A stretch of 64,000 nt of DNA. Origin: Octopus sinensis (taxonomy: Eukaryota). The stretch's first letter is position 1, and every line of letters starts with the position of its first letter. This document shows positions 23,685 through 35,700 of this stretch, in pieces. The stretch is from contig NW_021833018.1 of the NCBI RefSeq assembly GCF_006345805.1, positions 62,001-126,000 on the forward strand. The letters are read 5' to 3'. Position numbers and translations under genes: made by a program. Under the pieces are notes generated by a model. The model saw only the letters and a list, made by a program, of their open reading frames with translations, did not search any database and was not told the DNA's origin.

Positions 23685-25604
23685 CAGTGCTCGTCAAAAA
23701 AAATTGCTCACCAATGTTTATGTCTTTATATAGCATTATTCTGATTTATTTTTTTTGTAAACATCTTTAAGTAGTATTTTATTATTATACCTTAATTTTT
23801 GTAATAAAATTTTTCTTTTTTATTTACAAACTTAAACAAAAACAAAAAATTGCAAGACAAAAAACATTAGCACAAATTTGGAAATCTCATTATCAGTAAT
23901 TAATATGTCCTCCCCTTGCTAAATATAAAGAATAACTTCTTTTTCTCATTGAATTTAATAAGTTTTGTAAAAAACTTTTAGGAATTGACTGCCAAATTTT
24001 CATAATACTTGTCTTTAGATTCTCTTTACTTTTCGGGGGATTTTTAGCTAATTCTCTTTTCATAAAGCACCATATATGCTCTATTGGGTTAAGATCCGGT
24101 GATTGCGATGGCCAATCAAGAATAATATATTTTTTGGTTTCAAAATATGCCTTAACCATACGAGATGTATGGCATGGAGCATTATCCTGTTGAAAAATAA
24201 ACGAGGATAAGCCCATTTTTTCAGCTGATTGGTCCAGATTATTAGACAGTAAATTTATATAATATCCAGAGTTCATAGTTTCTTCGATAAAAACCAAATT
24301 GCCTACACCACTATATGATATACAGCCCCAAATCATAACTCTCCCTACTCCGAACTTAACAGTCGGCAGCAAATATACCCCATTTTTATTCAAAGTTCTC
24401 CGAATTGTCTTAGGGGAAACATCAATATTGAAAGTTTCTTTAGTTTTGTTGGACAAATCCACTGCCAACAATGTAGGATGTGATTCGGTTTCATTACATA
24501 AAAATTGTATTTGGGGGGAACTTAGTTTCGGAAGACGTCCTGAGCCCGGTCTCCGATGCAGTGTTCCAAATTCTCGAAATTTTCGAATATTAAATGAAAT
24601 TGTGGAATACGGCAAATTAAGTATTTTTGAGATTTCTCTGATTGATTTACCCTCTTTAAAGTACGCAATAATCATCCCTTTTTTAAATTCAGTTAACTTT
24701 TTCTTGGGAGAACGTGATATATACAATAACAAGAAAAGTGAGCAATGTTTTTTGTCACGAGATTTAAATTTTGATGCTTTAAATTCCTTATATTGAAATA
24801 AAATCGCATTAATAAATTAATATACTTGAGAATCGCTAAAGATGTGTCCTGGACTAACTTCGCTCATACATTGCAACGCTAAAGATGTGGACTATAGAGA
24901 AGGGTTTGACCCTAGCACCGGAGAAGAGCACCATTTCATGGTTGCGGAGAGGGAGTCGCTATGCGGAGTCTTGTGCATATGCGATGAGTAGCTATGTGAT
25001 GGATCTCTCGAAAAGAAAAAATCTTTCTTACCTGGGAGCAACCATTAACTGTCGTGGCTCGTACGTAGAGCATATAGCAAATCAGAGAAAGAGGAGTGTG
25101 AGGATCCTCAAAAGCTTAACCAGGTTCCATCTGGATCCGGAAACGTACATCTACGTATACAAAACGTGTGTGCAGCCAGTCCTCACATATGGCTACGAGG
25201 GCTGGTACGGTACGGAGGAGAGTGACTACCTGATCGAACAGTTGGAAAAGACAAGACGTTTCGCTATGAAATTGGCTTACGGAGTACAACTTGACGGAAG
25301 GCTAAAAGACTCACAAGAATCCTCTGTGCCCACGATCCGGATGGTCTTGGAGAATTGTCGTCAAACATGACTAGTATTGGGGATACGCATGGAAAGAGAC
25401 ACTTCGGTGCCTTGTTTTTATCTCCCCGCCGATGTTTTTCTTCCTTGTTTTTCTTTTTCTTTTCGCTCAATAAACACTATTCTATTCTATTCTATTCTAT
25501 ACTTGAGAATTAGAATAAAAAATGAAGCGTAAGATTAAATTTTTTATTAATTTGTCAATAAAAGCATGAAAAAATGGCTGAGCAATTTTTTTTGACGAGC
25601 ACTG
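23685..25604 (-). mobile_element. Tc1 (DD34E) element, family A, with internal deletion and a nested LINE
   Basis: TIR CAGTGCTCGTCAAAAAAAATTGCTCA at both ends with TA TSD; near-identical to 47954-49395 but missing ~200 bp that includes the first catalytic D; start ATG mutated to ATA. Confidence 0.96.
24834..25497 (+). mobile_element. 5'-truncated LINE nested in Tc1
   Basis: RT thumb region (YLGATI..YKTCVQPVLTYG), (TTCTA)n tail, 13-bp TSD TATACTTGAGAAT at 24821-24833 and 25498-25510. Confidence 0.92.
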
Positions 25605-26079
25605 TATGTACTCAGACTCACTTTGATGGCTTTTAAGCCTACCACATCAAAACATGACAAAACCAGAAAATCAAATGTCCTGAAAAGCAATCTCATCACT
25701 TGTTGTCTAGTTGAAAAAAACATGCGAAAATATTGATTTTCGAAAAATTAAATGATGACGATGTAATATAAAATGAATTGAAGTGGGCATTGGAGATTTG
25801 TGTTTTAGAAAGAATAAAAAACCACGATATTTTGCAATCATAACCATTGCGCCATCAGTTGCGCACAATAAAATACGTTCAAATGGAATATTATTTCAGA
25901 ATAAGATTCAAACATTTTGAATATTGAAATCCTGTAGTATCCGTGCTAAAGATTTTGCAAATAATAAGTTTTCTTGCAAAATAGAATCATCATCGAAATA
26001 TTTTTATAAAAAGTAATACTTTAAATATGCCATCAAATTGACTGGTTTAAACGACAACTAATTTGTCAAGTTGGACTGA

Positions 26080-26550
26080 AAACTTGCGTTTTCTGAGAAA
26101 TAGTTAGTTAAGAGTCCAGAACTGCCCGACTTGTGGGAAGCCGGCGCTCCCAGAGATCCCAAAGCGCTGTGCGTGGTAGCGAAGTTAGTCCAGGACAGGA
26201 AAACAAGTAATGGACGGAGGTTACACACGTGGCAGGGCCTTATGTCTGGTTTTTTCATGAAATTGCGTTCAAGGCAGGAGTGATGTCTGCAGCGCAGTCT
26301 TGCGAGAGTCACTTTCTTGGCAATAGTGATTCTGATCCATCGATTTCCGGGGACGTTCTTGGAGTATTTGGTTCGGTGATATTCTCCAGATGCCCCTCGT
26401 GGAGATAAGAAGGCCTGCTCATTTAAGAAGGCCTGCTCATGTAAGCAGTTATCGATCAAGTCACCACTGTTGACAGGATTCAGTGGGCAACAGAAGTGGT
26501 TCACTCCGTCTGACAAAGATTTGGAAGGATTCCTCGCGGTGGATGGACTA
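26080..26550 (-). mobile_element. LINE 3' fragment
   Basis: TLARLRCRHH..CHVC zinc-knuckle region. Confidence 0.7.
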
Positions 26551-27040
26551 TTACATAATTATCATTATTGAAAGCAAAGAATATAAATTTACCAAGGTTC
26601 CGTGTGTGTCACACGCTTTGAGATTCTATTCACCAAGCTTTTTCACTGGTCTCTGTTTTTGAGACTGCTCGTAGTTCTTCTAGGTCGTCCGCACATTTGA
26701 GTTTTTTTCTAATTTTATTAAGATCCTTGTTTAGAAGAATAGGGAGAGTGACTCTAGGTTTTTTTTGAACGATGTCTTGTTTTAATTGTCAAAGCAATCG
26801 TCTATTTGCGGGAGTGATTATGTCCATTATAAGTACATGCTTAATAAAAAGAAAAAATTTTAAACTTATTTAATTCCAGAGGCGTTAAATTTATCAGATT
26901 CTTTCGCCTACCGGATGCTGAAAAAGATCTTAATTCAGAGAAGTTAGGCAAAATAGTTAAAAATAAGGAAAATAAAAACCGAAAATATCCCAATGTTATA
27001 AGATTTAATTCAATTTAAATAATTAAGAAATCATTTAAAA

Positions 27041-28008
27041 ATGAGACTGATGTTACATTTTAGATTAGTAAACATATTTACTCAAAGGGCTTTGAATTTT
27101 TGACAAATTATATTTCAGAATAGACAAAAAGATGAGGTGGACAAGTTTTCAAACAGGTCAGATCGATTTGGGGATAAAGAGGGACCACTTTCAGCTTTAT
27201 ACATTCTTTGAATGACTTGGGCGTTCCATTTATATTCAGCGCTTTATCTATAACGAATTCAAAGCTGATCAACCTCTGGCTGGGTATCGAATATTAGACT
27301 TTGGTTGTGGTACTGGAATTTTAATTGAACCGTTGGCTCGTCTGAGAGCTAATGTGTTGGGGATAGATCCTTCAGAAAAATGCGTCCGGGTTGCCCAAAC
27401 AGGGGGGAAATTATTTCCAATACATTTATGTCGATTTTTTTGTCGTAAGAATTATTCGTAACGCACACTGCGTATTTGCCGCTGGCACATAACTTTCATA
27501 CGAATAATTCTTGCGACAAAAAAATACATTTATTAATGGATCTTTAAATTATCAACACAATTTTCTTGAACAACTTTCTAAAGATTTTTATGGGGCTTTT
27601 GATTGTGTCGTTGCATCCAAAGTTAAAGAGCACGTTTCAGACAAATCAAAATTTATATCAAGTGCTTCTATAATCCTTACTGTTGAAATACATTTGAAAT
27701 GTACTTTATAAAATTCAGATAGTCTTATCGGTACAACAATAAACAAAACATTTATTTCTTTGGTTTTTGGGATATATGCTGTTGAAAAATTGCTTAGACT
27801 TGTTCCGAACGAAATCCACAATTGCGATCTTTTTGTCCCCGAAAAATTGAATCATTTATTTGATAGTTGTTTGATCATTTATTAATTTGGTTTAGACGGG
27901 TTAGTTGCACATAAATGGCATGGAATTGAATATATCCTATTTACAGATCAATGGTATTTGTCAAACATTTTTAATATAAACTATGGTTTTTACGCAGCTA
28001 AAACATAA
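27041..28008 (+). pseudogene. COQ3: Ubiquinone biosynthesis O-methyltransferase COQ3 pseudogene
   Basis: EVDKF..EGPLSAL/HSLN, ILDFGCGTGILIEPLARL..GIDPS, FDCVVASKVKEHV, TINKT, NINYG; frameshifts, motif substitutions and a MITE insertion. Confidence 0.9.
27430..27524. mobile_element. 95-bp Mutator-like MITE
   Basis: 26-bp inverted repeat TTTTTTTGTCG(T/C)AAGAATTATTCGTA with one mismatch; direct repeat TACATTTAT at 27421-27429 and 27525-27533. Confidence 0.75.
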
Positions 28009-28010
28009 TA

Positions 28011-31000
28011 CAGTAAAGTCTCTCGAATCCGCCAATTTCGGGGATCGGCAAAATCTGACGGATTCGAGAATTTGGCGGTTTCGAGAGACTTATCGATTTT
28101 TTAATCCATTAATAATTTAAATTATTAAGCCAAAATAATTAATTAAAAACAAAAAAATCAGTAAGTTTCGACTTGTTTCTTCTTAGAGTTTGGATCATTG
28201 AAGATCCAATGTTTTCAATATACTCAAGATTTTCTATATTAAAGAATTCTTATGATTATAGAACTCTTTTAATTTGTTTTTAAAGCAATAAAAGCCTCGT
28301 GAATGGTAACAACTTTCTGACTTTGTTCACACGGTTCTTCGCTAATTTCTTGTTCTATTTTTTCTGAATTATTTAATTCAAGTTCTTCACTTTCATTATA
28401 TTCAATCTCAATATAAAGACTTTCTTCTAACGGATCAATACACTAGGTGCAAAAAAAACCGTTTTTTCGAAATATCAAAAATTTACTATGCAGCTATATT
28501 GTTTTTATTAAAGAATTGAATAATTTATCATTTTTTAACACTAGTTTTATTTTTATATTTGAACTTGTAATCATTTTTACTTAACAAATTATAACTAACA
28601 AAAAATCAAACGCAATAAAAAACCGTTTTATTTTTGATTATTTAAAGTTAGTATTCAATATGGTCCCCTTTTGCCTTAAAAAGCTTTTGTGCTCTATTCG
28701 GCATGCTTTCGATTAATTTTTTTTATAAAACTAATCGGTATTTCGTCCCAAATATTTTCGATTTTTTCTTTCAATTCCGAAACATTCTTTGGATGAAAGG
28801 TGTTTAATTCCCTCTTCATATGAGCCCATATATGTTCGATCGGATTTAAATCCGGTGATTGAGGTGCCCATGGTAAAAGGTTTACTTTATTTTCTTGAAA
28901 AAATCGCATAGTCATCTTGGAAGTATGACATGGTGCCATGTCTTGTTGGAAAATAAAGTCACTAAGCTCAATTTTTTGCAGATTCCCATAAATGGTTACA
29001 TAGTGTGTTGATATAAAGTGCGGAATCATATTCCCGTGTATAAGCAAGCGAAGCCCATTCCGTAATAGAAAAACAGCCCCAGACCATAACTTTCCCCCCA
29101 CCAAATTTTACAGTAGGCGAAAGGTTGCTTTTTTGAAGGCCTGTATTGTTTTTCCGATAACAATATTGCCGTTTTTTAATATTAAAAACTTCGAAACTGC
29201 ATTCGTCACTGAAAATTGTCCTCATCCATTCAGTGTTTGGCACAGTAATGAAATGCTTTGCCATGTATAGCGCGTTTTTCACTATTTATTTTGTTCAATG
29301 ATGGTTTTTTTCTACATACACGAGCATATATTTGCTCCCTTCTTAAATAATTTGCGATGGATCTTTTACCGACTGTTCTTCCGGTTATTTTACGGAGATC
29401 ATTGCTTAAGCAATCAGCTTTTTTTGGGGGGTCCTCTTTAACCAGGTTGAGTAAAATAAGGATATCGTCCTTATTAAGAATTTTTGGTCTCCCCGAACCT
29501 TTCATTCTTTCAGTCGTACCATATTTAATGAATTTTCGGATGAAGTCAGCGATAGTTGATCGCGGGATATTAAGCTCGTTAGATATTTTTTTAGTGGTCC
29601 AATTTAACGCATTCAAGCTTAGAATCTTTCCTTTGTTATTACATCAAGCATTCGTAATTTTATCGAGGGTTAAAATTCTAAAAAAAGTAAAAAATGTCAC
29701 ACTCACCAGAATAAACGGTTTTTTATTGCGCTCGTGTAATTAAAATTTTTAATTTAGACATATAACACAATACAAAAAAAATATAACAAAATTGATTTAG
29801 GGTTAATTTAATGATCCCTTTCGATGTCGACAAAGAAAAATCACAGTTATCTTTGCAAAATATGCCGTATTTAAAAAAACGGTTTTTTTTTTGCACCTAG
29901 TGTATATCCATTTTTTCCAGAAAATTATCATATTTTCAATTAAGGGATTTCATAATTAATATTTTCATTGTTTTGAGTCCATTTTGCATGAATGAAACAA
30001 TTTAAAATTAAGGAACTTTCTATTTTGTTCAAAGCATAATATGTAAATAATATTGAATCTTTTATGCTTAGTTTTTGTGTGCAACATAGGGGTTTGTCCC
30101 AGCTTCAATTTTTTGAATTATATTAAAAAATTTTAGAGAATTGAATTTACATTTATACGATTTAATTATGCCCTGATCCATGGGCTGTAAAAAAGATGTT
30201 GTATTAGGTGGTAGAAATAACATCTAAATTTGTTTTTTTCAATCAATACCTAATGTAAATTTCATGAATTCACCTTATGTGCGGGAGATTGATCTACAAC
30301 AAGCAAAATTTTTCTATCTGTTTTTCGCAATTCCATTTTCCCATTTTAATAGAAATTGATTAAAAATTCTGCTATCCATCCATGCTCTCTTTGAATTTGA
30401 ATATATAACATATTTTTTGATATCGAAATTCTTGAAACATCTTGGATTTTTAAACAACCCAATTAGTAAGGGTGTTCGCTTATCTGTACCGTCAACATTT
30501 GTACATAACATAACAGAAACTCTGTCTTTCAGGATTTTATAGCCAGATTTAATGGTTTTACAAACACTCTTAGACGGTATCATTTTGTAAAATAAGCCAG
30601 TTTCATCGGCATTATAAACATTTGAGCTCCGTAAAGACTGATTTTTTTTTGATTAATTCAATGAAATCTGATACTAAATTAGGGTCAAAATTTGGAGTTG
30701 CAGATTCTCCATGCATATTACGTAATTTCAAACCATTCCTCTTTTTAAACTTAACTAACCACCCTTTGCTTCCTTTGAATTCAGTAATCCCGAGATTCAA
30801 TGCAAAGGCTTTTGCTTTCTCAGTAATAATCCTATCATTTAAAATGGCTCCTTTAAGATCCATTGAATTGACCCAAGGAATAGTATTATCATCGATTACA
30901 GCAAACTTTAAATATTGTTTGCGGGAAATGTCAGATCTTAGATTATGAAACATAATGTTGAATCCTCTTTTACTTTTCAGATCATCAATAAATCGGCGAG

Positions 31001-31346
31001 AAACAGGCAAGTTGTATTTTTTTGAAAAAATCTCAGAAATTTTTAGTGAAGATAATTCATTATTTGTTTGAATAAACTTCAAAATCTCAATTTTTTGATT
31101 GTTCTTTAGTCTTGTACAGTTACGTTTCATTAATACAACAACAAAGACAGATGTAACGTGTTAATAAATTGATTATATATCAGTAAATTTAATTAAAAAA
31201 ATTATTTAAAATTAGGACACATGGCGGATTCATTATAAAAAATATGGCGGATTCGAGAATTTGGCGGATAAGAGAATTTATTAATTATAATTGGCGGATT
31301 CGAGAGTCGGCGGATTCGAGAGTCGGCGGATCGAGAGACTTTACTG
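28011..31346 (-). mobile_element. pogo/Tigger transposon, full length but frameshifted, with nested Tc1
   Basis: TIRs CAGTAAAGTCTCTCGA, TA TSD, subterminal GGCGGATTCGAGA repeats; CENP-B HTH (FKGSKGWLVKFKKR), NADETGLF, LQPMDQG. Confidence 0.95.
28441..29902 (-). mobile_element. Tc1 (DD34E) element, family B, frameshifted
   Basis: TIRs CACTAGGTGCAAAAAAAA..CCGTTTTTT with TA TSD; GSGRP, IFSDE, FQQD, SPDLNPIE. Confidence 0.96.
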
Positions 31347-31364
31347 TATATAGTTTTAATCCTT

Positions 31365-32570
31365 TATTAAAAAAGAAACTAATTAACTAAATAATTCTAC
31401 TAACTAAGTCCAGAGCCTTCGAAGTGAGCAGAAGGTGGCACTCCGCGCACCTCCTCCTCTTCCTCCTCCTCTTCTCTGGCACTGTAGACCTTCGAGAAGG
31501 TGCAGTCCAGCGCCTCTCGCTGACTAAACGTCAGGAAAGGGTTGGATCGGCGAGCATCAAACGAGACACTTTCCAGAGTCCTCTTAAGAACAGTTGACTG
31601 TATATAAGCCTGTAGAGACTTATCTACATCCAACTGTCTTAAGTACCGCTTGTGGTATTTTGTGACCAGTCCATCCCATGTCATCACACACGGGATGACA
31701 TGGACTTTGCACTGGTGCATCAGTCCTAGCTCGTTTGCAAGGAGGTCATCTTCCTCTTTTTCTCCACTTCCACTATCTGCAAACGGTCTAGGCACGTGAT
31801 GCCCACCTCCACGATAACAATCTCCCCGGTGACCTTATCGTGGACCACAATGTCGGGTCTGTTGTGTTGGACAACAATCGAGGTGCGTATGGGGGTATCC
31901 ACCTTAATGCACACCCGCGAGTTCTCACACACCGATTGAACTCGATGGGTTCGCAACACCGCCTCAAGCCATACTTATTGCAGAGCAAAAGATGGAGGGA
32001 CCTCACCACCTCGTTATGCCTCCATGTGTAATCATGGTAAAGCATACTCCCGCACTTCGTGGCTAAATAATCAACGGTCATTGCCTTACTCATACAGTGG
32101 TTACACTGTTTCCGTTGACCATTAAAAAAGTTTCTATCCTGCAAATATGAGAACAACCCCTCTGATCGGGGAGAGTTATTCCCATATTTCAGCCACGTTG
32201 ATGACGACGATATGTCAATGTGCGGGTTGTCCAGGCTGCTAAAGAGAGTCTTGTAAAGGACTTTTAAGTTGATCTTTTTAATTAAAGACTCCTTTTGAAG
32301 TTTGATCAACTCCTTCACATTAACTTGGGTAGCACCTAGACCATACTTAGCCGACACATAGCCTTTTATGGTCCCTAGGTGTGTACCACGCGCTTTTTCA
32401 GCAGCAAGGATGGCAGCCTTCCTTTGGGATACACTCGACCCACTCCACAATGTGTCGTGCATCTTAGTAAGAATTCGCTCACTTAAGTGTACGATGTTAC
32501 TCAATCCACGTCCTAGCTGCCCGCGAGACAAGTACAATCTCTCCTTATTGCTTGCCAACACGTGGACATG
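31365..32570 (-). mobile_element. 5'-truncated R4/NeSL-like REL retrotransposon
   Basis: ERLYLSR..GRGL, QDRN, C..C..YTWRHNEV, RPDIV..EVGIT, DLLANELG..VMTWDGLVTKYHK; 12-bp TSD GTTTTAATCCTT at 31353-31364 and 32571-32582. Confidence 0.92.
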
Positions 32571-33379
32571 GTTTTAATCCTTATATAACTTGCTAGTTTT
32601 AAATTTCGAACAATATTATACTCTCCACATGTGAATGAAGTATAAGTCATCGTGTTCTTCAATATAGTATTCGTTTCTATATATAAACTAGTGGAAAAAG
32701 TTTTGTGGCAGTCTCAAACCGATTATTTGTCTCTCTAATATATAGTAAGGTAAATATTAATCGTATCATTAGTTTTATTCGTTTCCTCATATTTTTCGAT
32801 TTATTTTGTCCGATTTTTTACTATTCCAATTTCAATCATTGAATTGTGGTACCTTTTCAACCGAAAAAAAATTTCATTTCTCGCAATCTGTTCTTACATT
32901 TTTAATCATATTTTGGACTATTAAAAGTCAATTTCAAGTTGATTTCTCTTGTAACTGCCAACTTTCTTGTTTTCCCTATAACCCTAGATGTACTTAGTCG
33001 TTTCTTCTATTAAGTCTATTTCGAATACAAAAAGTTCCTGATTTTTTTACATCCTTAATTATTTCTGCTTATGCGAGTCCAGAAATCCTAAGGTTTAGAG
33101 TTTATAAAACAGTTTCAATTCTTAAATTAATGAAAAATTATTTGAATATGTATGTTTTATAATTTATTTTTAATTTATGATTTTTATTGTCAAGCAAAAG
33201 AGAGCAGAGAAGAAACATTTCAACTACCAATTAAGAAGTTATCTTGTTTTCAAAGATAAAACCGAGATATTTAAAATTTTCAGCTTTTAGAAATTTTTAT
33301 CAATCAATAAAATCTTGGATGTCTTGCAGAAAATCTAAAATAAGTTGGAAATTAAACAGATTACAAACCAAAAACAAGT

Positions 33380-34030
33380 CATCTTAGACGAACAAAGACT
33401 TAAAAGGTAAAACTGTAACCATATTAAAAAACGAATATGACTAATATAAAATCAGAGTTGACACGTCAATTATGACTGAAACGAAAGTTCAATTCAATAA
33501 ACCTGATATTTTCGTTTATGACAAGAGGAAAAGAAAAATCCATTTAATCGAAGTGGGAGTTACCTCGCAAGACCGTTTAAAGCAAGTTGAAGTGGGGAAA
33601 TTTCACAAGTACGACCTGCTTGCAAATGAACTGTCGGTTCTCTATGAAGCAAAAGTGAAGATTATTCCAATTGTCTTGACATGGGATGAAGTTGTCTCAA
33701 AGTTCTTTAAAAGTCATATGGACAAATTATCCATTGAAGAAGGAACGAGGACATACATCCAGTCTTTTGTGCTAAAGAGGACTCTAGAGAGTATGCTTAT
33801 TGAGCACAGACATGGGATAAAAGTGGACAACGAGGAGTACGCCTCTGCAGCCAATCAACTTGCGGAGCTGGCATGTCGTGAGGACACTCAGTTGAACAAT
33901 TACTTTGACGCAGAAATGAAAAATGATGAGAATTTTGTTGCAAACTCTTCTTCCAAGCGAAGAAGAGAAACCACTGACGATCTGGATTCTTAAATAATTT
34001 AAGATAGAATTTACATAATTATTATTAACT
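33380..34030 (+). mobile_element. R4/NeSL-like REL retrotransposon 3' fragment (second family)
   Basis: NKPDIFVYDK..IEVGVT..KYDLLANEL..IPIVLTWD..YIQS.VLKRTLES. Confidence 0.9.
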
Positions 34031-34734
34031 TTGTTTATGTTGTTTAAGAAAAGGTGACTAATATTATTCTTTTAAAACGAGTTTATTATGATAAATAAAT
34101 AGATCCGCAAGATAAAAACCTTATTCGCTGATTCACATTTTTTCAATTTTCCATCATAAATGTTTTATGTGGAAATCTTTTTAACTTTGTTGATAATCTT
34201 TTAATAGTTGAAATTGATTTTGTCGCTGTATTTGAATCATGAAATATTTCACTTAATTAAGTAAAAGTATTATATAAAAGATTAGCTAAATGGCACTTAA
34301 AGTAGATTAGTTGTTATTATGCACATAAACATATTTTGAAAACAGACTTCTTAATATTAAAAAATGAAGTATTATATTTGTTAAAGTAATTTCATGATAT
34401 CAATAATTATTGACATGCGGCGTTATATTAACTTATAAATGCGTAATTTTTCATTTTTTTCCAATTTAGTAAACACCTATACTCATTTTCAATTAAATAT
34501 AAAATTCCAAAATGAAATCAAATGAAAAAAAAGAGTTTTCAAGGTTTGATATAACTGTGTGGATAAAAATACTCTAATATACAAGTAATAAATAAGCGAA
34601 GTACTATTAAATTAATAATTTTTTTCTTCGAGATAAGATCACAAAATTATACTGTTTTGGTTAAGGATTATCATTGTTTAATTTTCTATTAACTAATTCG
34701 TATAACATAAAATATTTTGTTATAATCAATTTAG

Positions 34735-35597
34735 TGAAACTTTAAACTCAAGTGATCAAAATTTGTTAACAAATGATATAAATAAAAGTGTTCACAGACA
34801 GATAAATAATAATGTAAACCATACACAATCCGTATGTGCTTCTTTCAATAGAGATCAAGATATTGAATCAATTAAAATCTTTCAAAATAAAGGTATTTTA
34901 ATTTAAAAATATATATTTTCATATTAAAATTTTTTAGATGGACCTTTGAAAGAGAAACGAAAAAGAATAACATACTCAAAAGAACAAAAAGAAATATTGG
35001 GAGCTTATTTTGACCAATCAAAATTCCTGATATATTCATTCGTGAAGAAATATCAGAAAAAATTGGATTACCAGTAGAAAAAATTAAAGTTAATTTATGT
35101 ATTTCCTACTTTAGTTTTGGTTTAAAAATAGAAGGATGAAGGTTAAAAATGAAAAAAAAATAAAAAGCATTTGTTTAGAAAAAGACTGGATTCAACAGAA
35201 AATAAAGAAAAAAACAGCAAAAAATATAGATAAAAGCATTACTGATGTTCAAACAATAAATTCAAGGTATGAAGAATATAAATTCAATTACAATCAAAAC
35301 TATAATACTTTTTATCCACCATATTATAATAATAATCTGACTCCATATTATGAATATGGTCACCCTGAAGTCTATTTGAATAAAGGATATATGTCTAATA
35401 TTGAAGAGCAATTTTATAATCCTTATCATAATAATTTTGTCGAAACATTGAATCCACACATTTTTTCATTTGACCAGAATCGCAAAATTACCAACAACAA
35501 ATGTCTCAAAATTGATGAGGGTGTCGGAATTCTCCATGGTTGTCAACCATTTAATGATGGACTAGAAAATAGAAGAACAAATATCCAAAGATATTAA
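34735..35597 (+). CDS. PRD-class K50 homeobox gene with a 1-nt frameshift (pseudogene or assembly error); 5' end unresolved
   Basis: KRKRITYSKEQKEILGAYFDQSKF/PDIFIREEISEKIGLPVEKIK|FWFKNRRMK, with a 26-nt intron at the PRD-typical position in helix 3. Confidence 0.85.
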
Positions 35598-35700
35598 AAT
35601 CATTTTCTGCGCCTAATTATGTTTGAAAAATTTTTTTATTGTAATAAAAAAATCATAACTTTTTGTTTAAACTACTTTTTAAAACTTCTTTCAATTATTT

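Larger units (their letters stand above)
21200..25710 (-). pseudogene. Unidentified decayed host-like gene broken by a LINE and a Tc1 (pieces ~21200-22342, 23335-23684, 25605-25710)
   Basis: Frameshifted overlapping ORFs, a 25-nt intron GTGAGT..CTAATCGTCTAG (23515-23539), and three diverged copies of TTA(G/A)AAGCACCAAATGAGCT at ~21585, 21664 and 21814. Confidence 0.45.

Noticed and set aside
23893-24732. In-frame deleted Tc1 ORF as a possible dominant-negative repressor
   Set aside because: Its ATG is mutated to ATA relative to the copy at 48161, and a LINE sits in its 5' region.
31215-31346. Short spaced repeats GGCGGATTCGAGA suggestive of a CRISPR-like array
   Set aside because: Irregular spacing and mirrored at 28011-28090; these are subterminal repeats of the pogo element.
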